Assembly: GCA_965207225.1 (NCBI GenBank)
Contig: CBDBLV010000005.1
Span: 768,001 to 832,000 of the forward strand
Reading direction: 5' to 3'
Length of the DNA stretch: 64,000 bases
Origin: Dehalococcoidia bacterium
Lineage (GTDB): Bacteria; Chloroflexota; Dehalococcoidia; Plut-88900
Part shown: piece by piece, positions 48,563 through 58,222 of the stretch
How the letters are laid out: each line of letters begins with the position of its first letter
Numbering within the stretch: position 1 is the stretch's first letter
Made by a program: the position numbers and the translations under genes
The notes under the pieces: model-generated
Seen by the model: the letters and a program-made list of their open reading frames with translations, nothing else
Database searches by the model: none
Told to the model about the DNA's origin: nothing

Positions 48563-49901
48563 CCTCCAGCATCTTCCGCGCCTCCACCAGGGCCTTCCTC
48601 ACCCTTTCAGGGGCCGTACCCCCTTGGCTCGCCCTCGCCCCTAGGGACGACTCCACCGTAATCTCAAAAACGTCCTCATCAAACAACCCCGAATACCGCC
48701 GGTACTCCTCTAACGTCAACTTGTCTAGCCCCACCCCCTTCTCCCCTGCATATACAACCAGGGCCTTTGTAGCCCCGTGCGCCTCCCTGAAAGGCACACC
48801 CTTCTCCACAAGGTAGTCGGCCAGGTCCGTCGCCAGTATCCCCGAATAGACCCCTTCCTCCGCCGCCTTCCGCGTCCGATCCCGATTGATGGTCACGGTA
48901 TGGACCATCCCGGCAAAGGAATCCAACGTCATGTTCAGCGTGTCCACAGTGTCGAACAACCCCTCTTTGTCCTCCTGCATGTCTTTGTTGTAGGCTAGAG
49001 GCAAGCCTTTCAGGATCGTTAGCATTCCCATCAGGTTCCCATACACCCGACCCACCTTCCCCCGGGCCAGCTCTGCCACGTCGGGGTTCCTTTTCTGCGG
49101 CATGATGCTGCTGCCCGTCGTGTACTCCGCAGCCAGCTTAGCAAACCCAAACTCCCCCGACGTCCAGATTATCATCTCCTCCGCCAGCCGCGATATATGC
49201 ATCATCGTGACGGACGCCGCGGCATGGAACTCCACTAGGAAGTCCCTGTCCGACACCGCGTCCATGCTGTTTCTTGCTACCCCCTCAAACCCCAGTTCCC
49301 GTGCCACGAACTCCCGGTCTATGTTATACGTCACACCCGCCAGCGCCCCCGCCCCGAGCGGCAGCACGTTCACCCTCTGCCGACAGTCCCGGAACCGCTC
49401 GATGTCCCTCTGTGCCATTTCGAAGTACGCCAACAGGTGGTGGGCAACCAGCACCGGCTGAGCTCTCTGTAGATGCGTGTAACCGGGCATGATCGCATCC
49501 ACGTTCGCTTCCGCTTGTGAAAGGAGCGCCTGCTGTAACCTCCTCAGCCCCGAAATCGCTTCATCAATCGTATCCCTCACGAACAAGCGCACGTCCAGCG
49601 CCACCTGGTCGTTGCGGGACCGGGCCGTGTGCAGCCTCCCCGCCGCCTCCCCGATTAGTTCCGATAGCCGGGTCTCGACATTCATGTGAATGTCTTCAAG
49701 CTCCTCCCGGAACGGAAACTCCCCCGACTCAATCTCGCGCTCAATCGCATCCAGCCCCCCGCATATTGCCTCCACTTCTTCCCCCGATACAATCCCCTGC
49801 TTCCCCAACATCCGCGCATGCGCCTTCGAACCGGCAATATCCTGCTTGTACAACCGCCGGTCAAACGCTATCGACGTGGTATAGGGATGGGGAGTGGTCA
49901 C
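48549..49901 (-). CDS. argH: argininosuccinate lyase
   Basis: EDIH, LHTARSRNDQ, MPGYTHLQ, TGSSIMPQKRNPD. Confidence 0.97.
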   Translation of the reverse strand: MTTPHPYTTSIAFDRRLYKQDIAGSKAHARMLGKQGIVSGEEVEAICGGLDAIEREIESGEFPFREELEDIHMNVETRLSELIGEAAGRLHTARSRNDQVALDVRLFVRDTIDEAISGLRRLQQALLSQAEANVDAIMPGYTHLQRAQPVLVAHHLLAYFEMAQRDIERFRDCRQRVNVLPLGAGALAGVTYNIDREFVARELGFEGVARNSMDAVSDRDFLVEFHAAASVTMMHISRLAEEMIIWTSGEFGFAKLAAEYTTGSSIMPQKRNPDVAELARGKVGRVYGNLMGMLTILKGLPLAYNKDMQEDKEGLFDTVDTLNMTLDSFAGMVHTVTINRDRTRKAAEEGVYSGILATDLADYLVEKGVPFREAHGATKALVVYAGEKGVGLDKLTLEEYRRYSGLFDEDVFEITVESSLGARASQGGTAPERVRKALVEARKMLEGADG

Positions 49902-49931
49902 TTTACCAAATGGGCGGTCAGGTGACCCTGG

Positions 49932-50411
49932 CTACCCCGCCCCATTCCCCCTCTTCGGTATCATCACCCGACGCCTCAGCGTCAGAATAGTCTCGTCCCT
50001 CTGGTTCCAAGCCCGCGTCTCGACATAGAGTATCCCGCGGTCGTTCTTGCTCTTCGACTCCCGCTTCTCCAGGATCTCCGTCTCCGCATAGACCGTGTCT
50101 CCGTGGAACGTCGGCCCCAGGTGCTTGACACTCTCGTATTCCAGGTTCGCTATCGCCTTCCCGCTTATCTCCCTTACCGTCATCCCGACCACCAGGCTGA
50201 TAACGAAAAGCCCGTTCACCAGCCTCTGCCCGAACTGGCTCCCCGACATGTAGTGCTCGTCGATGTGTAACGGAGCGTGGTTCATAGTGATCATGCTGAA
50301 CAGTGTGTCGTCGTACTCGTTCACCGTCCGGCCCGGCCAGTGCTTATAGATATCCCCGACCTGGTAGTCCTCGTACCAGCTCCCGAATGCCTCTCTTCCG
50401 TCGTGGTCCAT
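49932..50411 (-). CDS. MaoC-family (hotdog) dehydratase
   Basis: G.WYED..VGD.YKH.PGRT...D...F...TMN..PLH.D, PTFHGDT. Confidence 0.9.
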   Translation of the reverse strand: MDHDGREAFGSWYEDYQVGDIYKHWPGRTVNEYDDTLFSMITMNHAPLHIDEHYMSGSQFGQRLVNGLFVISLVVGMTVREISGKAIANLEYESVKHLGPTFHGDTVYAETEILEKRESKSKNDRGILYVETRAWNQRDETILTLRRRVMIPKRGNGAG

Positions 50412-50442
50412 AATGCTCTCCTGCCTGTGGTGTCTTGTCGGG

Positions 50443-51600
50443 TTAGATCTGGTGCTTCTTCAGCAAGTTCCTCGCGATAACCAGCTTCTGTATCTCATTC
50501 GTCCCCTCGCCGATCATCATCAGGGGAGCGTCCCGGAAATACCGTTCCACGGGAAACTCCTCCGTGTACCCGTATCCGCCGTGTATACGCATCGCCTCCA
50601 TCGTCACCTCGTGGGCCGTCTCACTGGCGAATAGCTTCGCCATCCCAGCCTCCAGGTCCGACCTCTCCCCCCTGTCCTTCTTCGCCGCCGCCGATAATGT
50701 GAGCAACCTCGCCGCCTCTATCTTCGTACCCATGTCGGCCAGCTTCAACTGGATCGCCTGGTGCTGTGCTATCGGCTTCCCGAACGTCACCCGCTGCTGT
50801 GCGTAGGCAATCGCCGCATCGAAAGCCGCCTGCGCAACCCCGACCGACCTCGCCGCTATGTTCACCCGACCCCCCTCCAGCCCCGACATGATGTGCTTGA
50901 ACCCTTGCCCTTCAACCCCGCCCAGAAGGTTCGTTATCGGCACCCGGAAGTTGTCGAAAGCGAACTCCGTCGTGTCTATCCCCCGGTATCCCAGCTTCTT
51001 GATCTTCCTCCCGACCGTGAACCCCTCCCCACCCTTCTCGATAATGAACAGGCTGATGCCCCTGTAGCTCGGACTTGCATCAGGGTCTGTTTTGGTCAGC
51101 AGGGCAAAGGTGTTCCCCTGTATTCCGTTCGTCACGAACATCTTGGCCCCGTTTATCACATAGTCGTCTCCGTCCTTAACGGCCATAGTCTGGATCGACT
51201 GAAGGTCGCTCCCGCCCCCCGGCTCCGTCAGCCCGATTCCGCCGCGCTTCTCACCCGTGACTATCTTGGGCAGGAACCGCTGTTTCTGCTCCTCCGTGCC
51301 ATAGTTGACGATGGCGTATGTCATGATCGAATGGCTGCCGATAGTCCCGCTTAAGCTCATCCACCCCTTGCAAAGCTCTTCGATGATCAGCGCGAAGGTG
51401 ACGTTGTCCAGCCCGAGACCCCCGTACTCCTTCGGCACCACTGCCCCGAACAGGCCCATCTCCTTCATCTTCTCCACCATCTCGTGCGGGTATTCATCGG
51501 CGTGCTCAAGCTCCGCGACGTATGGCTTAACATCCCGGTTTACGAAGTCCCGGATGGTCGAGACCATCTGCTTTTGCTCTTCGGTTAGGACAATGCTCAT
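50443..51600 (-). CDS. acyl-CoA dehydrogenase
   Basis: LTEPGGGSD, INGAKMFVTN, KLGYRG, FGKPI..HQAIQ, IGEGTNEIQ. Confidence 0.95.
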   Translation of the reverse strand: MSIVLTEEQKQMVSTIRDFVNRDVKPYVAELEHADEYPHEMVEKMKEMGLFGAVVPKEYGGLGLDNVTFALIIEELCKGWMSLSGTIGSHSIMTYAIVNYGTEEQKQRFLPKIVTGEKRGGIGLTEPGGGSDLQSIQTMAVKDGDDYVINGAKMFVTNGIQGNTFALLTKTDPDASPSYRGISLFIIEKGGEGFTVGRKIKKLGYRGIDTTEFAFDNFRVPITNLLGGVEGQGFKHIMSGLEGGRVNIAARSVGVAQAAFDAAIAYAQQRVTFGKPIAQHQAIQLKLADMGTKIEAARLLTLSAAAKKDRGERSDLEAGMAKLFASETAHEVTMEAMRIHGGYGYTEEFPVERYFRDAPLMMIGEGTNEIQKLVIARNLLKKHQI

Positions 51601-51637
51601 TCCTTCCTCCCTGGGTATCCCGATGTCGAAACTTGGA

Positions 51638-52882
51638 CTATTCCTTGTCGTTTGCCGGTCCCGTGATCCCGAGCGCCCCGCCCGGCTGGTCTAGCAGCTG
51701 GATCCTCGCCTGCGTTCTCACCGGCAGCCCGAATATGTCTATGAACCCCTTTGATGCGCCCTGGTCGAAAGTGTCACCCTGGTCGTAAGTAGCCAACTCG
51801 AACTGATACAGCGCCTGCGGGGCCTTCCGCCCGACCACCGTGCACTGCCCCTTGTGCAACCTCACCCGAATTGTCCCCGACACATGCCGTTGCGTGCTCT
51901 GCACGTATGCAGCCAGGTCCTGGTGCAGCGCCGTGAACCACAGTCCGTTGTAGATAAGGTCGGCGTACTCCTGTGCCACCCTTTCCTTGAACCGGGCTTG
52001 CTCTTTGCTCAGCGTCATGTCCTCCAGCGCCCGGTGCGCTGTGGTCAGCACTATGCCCGCCGGCGCCTCGTATATCTCCCGGGACTTGATTCCCACCAGC
52101 CGGTTCTCAACGTGGTCTATCCGACCCACCCCGTGCGCCCCGGCCGCCTTGTTCAGTACGTCGATTAGCTCTACCCCGCCCATCTCCCGACCGTCGAGCC
52201 GCGTAGGTATCCCGTTCTCAAACTCGATCTCGTGGTATGCCGGTTCGTCTGGTGCATTGGAAGACGACACCGTCCACTGGTACACGTCCTCCGGAGGCTC
52301 GACCCACGGGTTCTCCAGTACCCCCGTCTCTATGCTCCGGCCCCACAGGTTCTCGTCTATCGAGTACGGGTTCGCCTTGGTCAGCGGCACCGGGATGCTG
52401 TGCTCCTTCGCATAGTCGATCTCCTGCTCCCGAGTCATCCCCCACTCCCGGGCTGGTGCGATAATCTCGAGGTTTGGGGCCAGAGCCCCGACACTCACGT
52501 CGAACCGCACCTGGTCGTTACCCTTGCCCGTGCACCCGTGCGCCACTGCGTAGGCCCCCGTCTCCATCGCCACGTCCACCAGTAACTTCGCCATCAGGGG
52601 CCGCGCCAGCGCCGTCGCCAGGGGGTACTTCCCTTCGTACATCGCGCCCGCTTGCAGGGCGGGCCACACGAAGTAGTCGACGAAGTCCTCCCGGGCATTG
52701 AGCACTTCAGCCTGAATGGCCCCCGTCCCCATCGCCCGACGCCTCACCTCCTCTAGGTCTATCTCCCCTCCCACGTCCACAGTCAATGTCACTATCTCCG
52801 CGTTGTATCGGTCCGAAAGCCATTTGATGGCCACGGAGGTGTCGAGACCTCCGCTGTATGCGAGAACTATCTTCTGGGTCAC
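51638..52882 (-). CDS. argG: argininosuccinate synthase
   Basis: VLAYSGGLDTS, HGCTGKGNDQVRF, ENRLVGIKSRE; GTG start at 52882. Confidence 0.97.
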   Translation of the reverse strand: MTQKIVLAYSGGLDTSVAIKWLSDRYNAEIVTLTVDVGGEIDLEEVRRRAMGTGAIQAEVLNAREDFVDYFVWPALQAGAMYEGKYPLATALARPLMAKLLVDVAMETGAYAVAHGCTGKGNDQVRFDVSVGALAPNLEIIAPAREWGMTREQEIDYAKEHSIPVPLTKANPYSIDENLWGRSIETGVLENPWVEPPEDVYQWTVSSSNAPDEPAYHEIEFENGIPTRLDGREMGGVELIDVLNKAAGAHGVGRIDHVENRLVGIKSREIYEAPAGIVLTTAHRALEDMTLSKEQARFKERVAQEYADLIYNGLWFTALHQDLAAYVQSTQRHVSGTIRVRLHKGQCTVVGRKAPQALYQFELATYDQGDTFDQGASKGFIDIFGLPVRTQARIQLLDQPGGALGITGPANDKE

Positions 52883-52899
52883 CTTATTCCTCTTTTTGT

Positions 52900-54090
52900 C
52901 TAGCCTTGTGCCACGACCCCCAGGGCCGCGTCTATGATCTCGATCGCCTTGTCTGCCTCTTCCTCCGACACGATCAAGGGCGGGATCAGCCGCAGGGCGT
53001 CGGGCCTTACCGGGTTCACCAATAGCCCCCTCTCCCGACACTCGTTTACCAGGTCACCGGACACGTTATCAGCCAACGCCAGCGCCAGTAGCAGCCCCAC
53101 CCCCCTCACCCCGACCGCCAGGTCATGCTTCCCGGTCAACCCTTCCAGCTCAGACCGCAACCGCTCCCCTACTCTCTTTGCGTTCCCCACTACGTCATTG
53201 TCCAGTATGTATCTCATGTTCGCCGCGCCGACCGCAGTACCCAGCGGGTTGCCGCTGAATGTCGACCCGTGATCGCCGGGCTCAAATACGGATGCTTCCT
53301 TCTTCGCCATCACCGCCCCGATCGGGAACCCTCCCCCGAGCGCCTTGGCTAGCGTGATAACGTCCGGCTCCACCCCAAAATGCTCGTATGCGAACAGATT
53401 CCCGCTCCTCCCGATACCTGTCTGTACCTCGTCAAAGATAAGTAGCAGGTTCCGTTGGTCGCACCAGTCCCGCACCTGCTGAAGGTATTCTCGGGATGGC
53501 ACGTTTACCCCGCCCTCGCCCTGTATCGGCTCCAGCATCACAGCGCAAGTGCTCTCGTTCGTTGCCGATATGATCGCCTCTATATCGTCGAAGGGCACGT
53601 TCGTGAAACCCTGCGGCAACGGTGTAAACGTAGCTTGGTGTCCGGGCTGGCCCGTGGCCGCGACCATCGCAAAGGTCCTGCCGTGAAACGAGTCCATCGC
53701 CGAGATTACCTCGTACGCCCCGTTCAGGTTCACCTTCCCGTGCTTCCGGGCAATCTTGATTGCTGCCTCATTCGCTTCGGCCCCGCTGTTCTGGAAAAAC
53801 ACTTCGTCGAAGCACGAGTTCTCCACCAGTATCTGCGCCAGCTCCACCTGCGGGATCGTGTAAAACAGGTTCGACACATGCCATAGGGCCTGGCTCTGCT
53901 TCTGTATCGCCTCCACCAGTACCGGATGGCAGTGCCCGAGCCCCGTGACCGCGATCCCTCCTACGAAGTCCAGGTACTCCTTCCCGTCCTCGTCCCACAC
54001 CCTGACACCCTCGCCCCGCACCAGCGTCAACGGCTGCCGCCGGCCCGTCTTCATAAAGTACTTGGCTTCCAGCTCCTGCCAGTTCACCAT
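52900..54090 (-). CDS. argD: acetylornithine aminotransferase
   Basis: NSGAEANE, FHGRT, EPIQGEGG, DEVQTG.GR, LAKALGGG; arg operon context. Confidence 0.93.
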   Translation of the reverse strand: MVNWQELEAKYFMKTGRRQPLTLVRGEGVRVWDEDGKEYLDFVGGIAVTGLGHCHPVLVEAIQKQSQALWHVSNLFYTIPQVELAQILVENSCFDEVFFQNSGAEANEAAIKIARKHGKVNLNGAYEVISAMDSFHGRTFAMVAATGQPGHQATFTPLPQGFTNVPFDDIEAIISATNESTCAVMLEPIQGEGGVNVPSREYLQQVRDWCDQRNLLLIFDEVQTGIGRSGNLFAYEHFGVEPDVITLAKALGGGFPIGAVMAKKEASVFEPGDHGSTFSGNPLGTAVGAANMRYILDNDVVGNAKRVGERLRSELEGLTGKHDLAVGVRGVGLLLALALADNVSGDLVNECRERGLLVNPVRPDALRLIPPLIVSEEEADKAIEIIDAALGVVAQG

Positions 54091-54135
54091 CCTTCTATCC
54101 TTTCACTGTCTCCATTTGATTGTGATGCGGCGACA

Positions 54136-54918
54136 TCAGCCAAACCACGTCCCCGCCCCCCGACCCTCCACCGCCTCCAGCAAAGCACCCGCTCGACGCC
54201 CATCCGTTATAACCGCCCTCACCCCCGACTCCGCCGCCTTCAAGCACGCCTCCACCTTCGGAATCATTCCACGGGTGATTACGCCCGACTCAATCATTTT
54301 CTTTGCCGCGTGCCTCGAAATCGACGCTACACAGTTCCCATCCCCATCCAGTATCCCTTCCACGTCCGTAAGAAATATCAGGCTCGACGTGCCGATAGCC
54401 GACGCCAGCTCCCCTGCTACCGTGTCCGCGTTCACGTTCAGGAACCCCTTCCAATCCGAGCTCCCGTTCCGTTGCTGTGCCGCTATTGGCGATAACACCG
54501 GTAGACACCCGCTTCGCGCCAGCGCTTCCAGGGGCCCCGCATCCACCCCCGTCACCCGACCCACGTACCCCAACTCCGAGTCCTGCACCTCCGCCTTGAT
54601 AATGCCTCCGTCCACCCCGCTCACCCCTACCGCCCGACCTCCGCACCCCGCTATTGACGCCACCAGTTCTTTGTTTACAAGCCCCGCCAGCACTGCCGTA
54701 GCTACTTCCAGCGATGGCCCGTCCGTCACCCGTAGCCCCCGCACAAACCGCGCCTCCACCCCGTGACGCTTCTGCCACTCCGATACCACGTTACCGCCCC
54801 CGTGCACCACGATGATCTCGGCACCCTTCTTCTGGAGTTCAGCCAGGTCCGAGAAAAGCGTGTCTGCTGCCCCCAGCGCCCCGCCCCCTATTTTCACGAC
54901 TGCCTGGTTCATCCCCAT
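54136..54918 (-). CDS. argB: acetylglutamate kinase
   Basis: VVKIGG, VHGGG, GLRVTD, NVNAD, GMIPKV. Confidence 0.95.
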   Translation of the reverse strand: MGMNQAVVKIGGGALGAADTLFSDLAELQKKGAEIIVVHGGGNVVSEWQKRHGVEARFVRGLRVTDGPSLEVATAVLAGLVNKELVASIAGCGGRAVGVSGVDGGIIKAEVQDSELGYVGRVTGVDAGPLEALARSGCLPVLSPIAAQQRNGSSDWKGFLNVNADTVAGELASAIGTSSLIFLTDVEGILDGDGNCVASISRHAAKKMIESGVITRGMIPKVEACLKAAESGVRAVITDGRRAGALLEAVEGRGAGTWFG

Positions 54919-54933
54919 CGCCTCGCCCTCATC

Positions 54934-56154
54934 CTACGTCGTGTACTCGCTGTTGAACGTCACGTACTCCTCCGAAAGGTCGCACGTCCACGCCGTCGCC
55001 GACGCCTCGCCCACGTTCAACACCAGCTTGATCGACACCTCCTCCTGGTCCAGCGACCGGGACACGGCATCTTCGTAATACGGCACCGGCGTACCGTTGT
55101 TCAGCATGAATATATCGTTGATGAACAGGTCAGTCTTCGACTCCTCGATGTAAGCCCCCGTCCGACCCAACGCCGCCATCAGCCGGCCCCAGTTCGGGTC
55201 GTTCCCGTGTATGGCGCTCTTCACCAGCATGGACGTCGATATGATCCGCGCCGCATTCCTCGCCTCCTCCTTTGTACGCGCCTTCTCGATAACGAATTCG
55301 ATAAGCTTGGTCGCTCCCTCCCCGTCCCGTGCAATCTGCTTGGCCAGGAACGTGCAGACCTCGGTCAATGCCTCGCAGAAGCCCTCTGCACCAGCGTGAT
55401 CTGCCGTTATGGGTGCATTGCCAGCCAGCCCGTTTGCCAGTATCGCAACCGTGTCGCTCGTGCTGGTGTCTCCGTCAATGCTGATCATGTTGAAAGAATC
55501 GCCCACTGCATTCTCAAGGGCAGTCTGTAGAAAGGCCGGATCAACCGACGCGTCTGTCGCAATAAACGAAAGCATGGTCGCCATGTCCGGGTGCACCATC
55601 CCCGCCCCCTTGGCTACACCCCCCACCACCCCCCGCGTCCCGTCACCCGCGTCAAACGACACGGCTATCTCCTTCGGGTGCGTGTCAGTGGTCATAATCG
55701 CCCGTGCCATCAACCGGCCCCCGTCTTTCGTCACCTCAATTTCCTCAACCCCGGTCCGGATCCGAGCCATCGGAAGCTCTACCCCTATCACCCCCGTGCT
55801 CGCCACTAGCACGTCCTCCGTCGCCACCCCCAGCTTCTTCCCCGCCAGCTCAGACATCTCCACCGCGTCCACCCGACCCTGCTCCCCCACCGACACGTTC
55901 GCTATGCCGCTGTTCACCACCACCGCCTGCGCATGGGGGTCTTTCAAGTAGTCCCGGTCGACCAGGATTGCTGGGGCCGTGACCCTGTTCTTCGTGAACA
56001 CCGCCGCCGCCGAGGCCCGCACCTCCGAGTACAGCAACCCCAGGTCCAGCTTGTCAGCCCCGTAGGGCTTCACGCCGCAGTAAACGCCTCCCGCACGGAA
56101 CCCCTTGGGAGTGGTAACCGTGCCCCCTTCTATCCGTTCCATGGAGTCTTTCAT
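54934..56154 (-). CDS. argJ: bifunctional ornithine acetyltransferase/N-acetylglutamate synthase
   Basis: STGVIG, IMTTDT..K, KGAGM.HPDMATML, DGEGATK, DPNWGR, terminal EYTT. Confidence 0.97.
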   Translation of the reverse strand: MKDSMERIEGGTVTTPKGFRAGGVYCGVKPYGADKLDLGLLYSEVRASAAAVFTKNRVTAPAILVDRDYLKDPHAQAVVVNSGIANVSVGEQGRVDAVEMSELAGKKLGVATEDVLVASTGVIGVELPMARIRTGVEEIEVTKDGGRLMARAIMTTDTHPKEIAVSFDAGDGTRGVVGGVAKGAGMVHPDMATMLSFIATDASVDPAFLQTALENAVGDSFNMISIDGDTSTSDTVAILANGLAGNAPITADHAGAEGFCEALTEVCTFLAKQIARDGEGATKLIEFVIEKARTKEEARNAARIISTSMLVKSAIHGNDPNWGRLMAALGRTGAYIEESKTDLFINDIFMLNNGTPVPYYEDAVSRSLDQEEVSIKLVLNVGEASATAWTCDLSEEYVTFNSEYTT

Positions 56155-56306
56155 CGCTCCCTTTCCAGCCTGCGCTCCCCCGACACAAGCGTCGTGAAGT
56201 ATATCACTTTTGCCTTGATTTCCTGGCATGGGAAAAGCCGACGGGTTACCCGTCGGCTTTTCCACCGAGCTCTTTCTCTATTTCAAACTTCTAGCTCGGC
56301 AGTGGC

Positions 56307-56864
56307 TTATGGCCTCCTGCCGTTGGTCAGGATGTCGACCACCTGCGGCAGTGCATCCTTCGCCCGACCCTTCAGGTCGTCATCCGCCAGGCTCCCGATC
56401 GGGTGCTTCACCACCACGAACGGGTAGTCCGGCAGACCGCGCGTCCGGGCTATCGCCTCAACTCCGGGGATGAACTGGTCGCTGATTATCACCGCAGTCG
56501 GTACGCCCCGGTCTTCCAGGGAGATCGCGTCGTGCATACAGCACGTACTGCAGGAGCCTCAGTCACCTATCGCAATTAAGGCGGCGTCGGCCTTCTCCGC
56601 CAGCTCGTCCAGCATCTCCGGCGGAGAGACGTCGGAGACATTCGGCCTCGCCACGAACGTTACGTCGGAGATCTCGTAGTTCTCCTTGATCAGGTCCGTC
56701 ACCATCCAGAGGAGCTTGTCTCCGTTCAGCCGGCGGTCATGCAGCAGGCCGATCCGCTTCCCGTTGAGAGAGTCCACCTTCGGAGCCATATCAATGTGCT
56801 CCTCGATCATCTCCTCCCCCCTAGGGTCGAGGGCCATCATCGTTTTCAGCATCTCATTGGCCAT
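56307..56864 (-). CDS. probable UGSC-family selenoprotein (Sec102, UGA at 56561-56559), 185 aa
   Basis: GGAGG RBS + MANEML; ALIAIGD-TGA-GSCSTCCMHDAISLEDRGVPT continues in frame into ORF 56307..56537. Confidence 0.85.
56526..56552 (-). promoter_or_regulatory. candidate bacterial SECIS
   Basis: TGC(A)GT(A)CGTGC-TGTAT-GCACG-AC-GCG; apical loop 18 nt after the UGA, G at loop position 2. Confidence 0.55.
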
Positions 56865-57121
56865 AAACGCCTCCCCTTCCTGGCTAACTCCCGACAGTAT
56901 ACCACCCCACCACCTCTCCGTCATTCTGGTCCGGAGCCGGAAGGCGGAATGGATTCCGGAACCGAGGCCGTATTCCGTAGGGGCGACCGCCCGGTCGTCC
57001 TCCCCAGGGCTGGCCCACTGCCCTTCTTCGACAAAAGATGTTCCCATAGGTAGGATGGCGCTTGGTGTATCGCGCTTTGAGTTCCAATGCCCCGCCGAGT
57101 AGTGCACAAAGAGAGTAAATC

Positions 57122-57850
57122 ATGCCCCTGAAAGTCGTTACGTGGAACGTCGAATGGGCTGGCCCAAGGTCTGGGAAAGCCCCCGAAATCCGGGACCGCA
57201 TCAACTCCCATGCCCCCGAAATCATCTGCCTCACCGAGGCCAACATCCACCTCCTTGCAGGACCCGGCCACACAATCTACTCCCAGCCCGACGCCGGCTA
57301 CAAAGTCAACCTCAAGCGGCGCAAGGTCATCCTCTGGTCCAGAGAACCTTGGGACGAAATAGACGACCTGGGCATCGATTCGATGCCTCCCGGACGATTC
57401 ATCACAGGAGCCACCCAGACATCATTAGGCAGGGTAACGATAGTTGGAGTCTGCATCCCTTGGTTCGGCTCTAGGACGGAGGCCAAACGCGGAGCGGAAA
57501 AAAAGAATCAATGGGAAGACCACGAACAATATCTGGTAGGTCTAACCGACGTTCTTCGACGCTCTCCCTCGGAACGTCTCATAGTGATGGGTGACTTCAA
57601 CCAGAAGATAGGCCCCGACAGCCGAGCGCCTCACCCTCTCCAATCAGCCCTTCAAAACGCCTTCTCTCCGAACTTGACAATTGCCACCGCGAACATTGAC
57701 TTCCAAGGCCACAAAAGCATCGACCACATCGCAGTAACCCATGACTGGTCCGTCGAGTCCCCGCAAGTAATCAGCAACTTCCATGAAGGCAAAACACTCT
57801 CCGACCACTTTGGACTCGCCGCCAACCTGTCTCTCTGCAAACCCCGGTAG
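57122..57850 (+). CDS. endonuclease/exonuclease/phosphatase family protein
   Basis: TWNVE, ICLTE, GDFNQ, IDHI, SDH. Confidence 0.9.
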   Translation: MPLKVVTWNVEWAGPRSGKAPEIRDRINSHAPEIICLTEANIHLLAGPGHTIYSQPDAGYKVNLKRRKVILWSREPWDEIDDLGIDSMPPGRFITGATQTSLGRVTIVGVCIPWFGSRTEAKRGAEKKNQWEDHEQYLVGLTDVLRRSPSERLIVMGDFNQKIGPDSRAPHPLQSALQNAFSPNLTIATANIDFQGHKSIDHIAVTHDWSVESPQVISNFHEGKTLSDHFGLAANLSLCKPR

Positions 57851-58079
57851 CGCAATACTTGTCCCGACCCTCCCCAGACGTGAGGCCGCTCAAGCTGAGG
57901 CCACTCGAAGCATGTCCTGAGCCTAGTCGAAGGATATGAGCGGGGGGTGGCCCACCCCTGCCTATCCGTCGAGGCACATACCGCGGCATGAACCCCCGTC
58001 CCCCATGTCATCCCGAGGCCCCGCGAGGGATCTAGGATTTGCCCGCACAGGCCTTTCGGAGCTTCGTTTCCCTCCCCCC

Positions 58080-58222
58080 AGTACCAAACTAGAGGGCCAC
58101 ACCTGCGCCTTGGCGCAGGTGTGGCCCTCTGTTTTTCTTTCCCACTCTCCCTTATCGGCCCTAAGGGTCAACGATGCGCCTGTGGCGTGAGAGGGGGATA
58201 CAGGGGGTGAGGGTTCCTCTCC
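58080..58222. repeat. composite double-hairpin element, copy 2
   Basis: AGTACCAAACT + AGAGGGCCACACCTGCGC-CTTG-GCGCAGGTGTGGCCCTCT + the same tail as the 38401 copy. Confidence 0.75.

Noticed and set aside
56194-56209. CGTGA-N6-TCACT palindrome upstream of argJ as an ARG or CRP box
   Set aside because: A single copy overlapping a plausible extended -10 (TGATATACT on the minus strand); cannot assign a regulator
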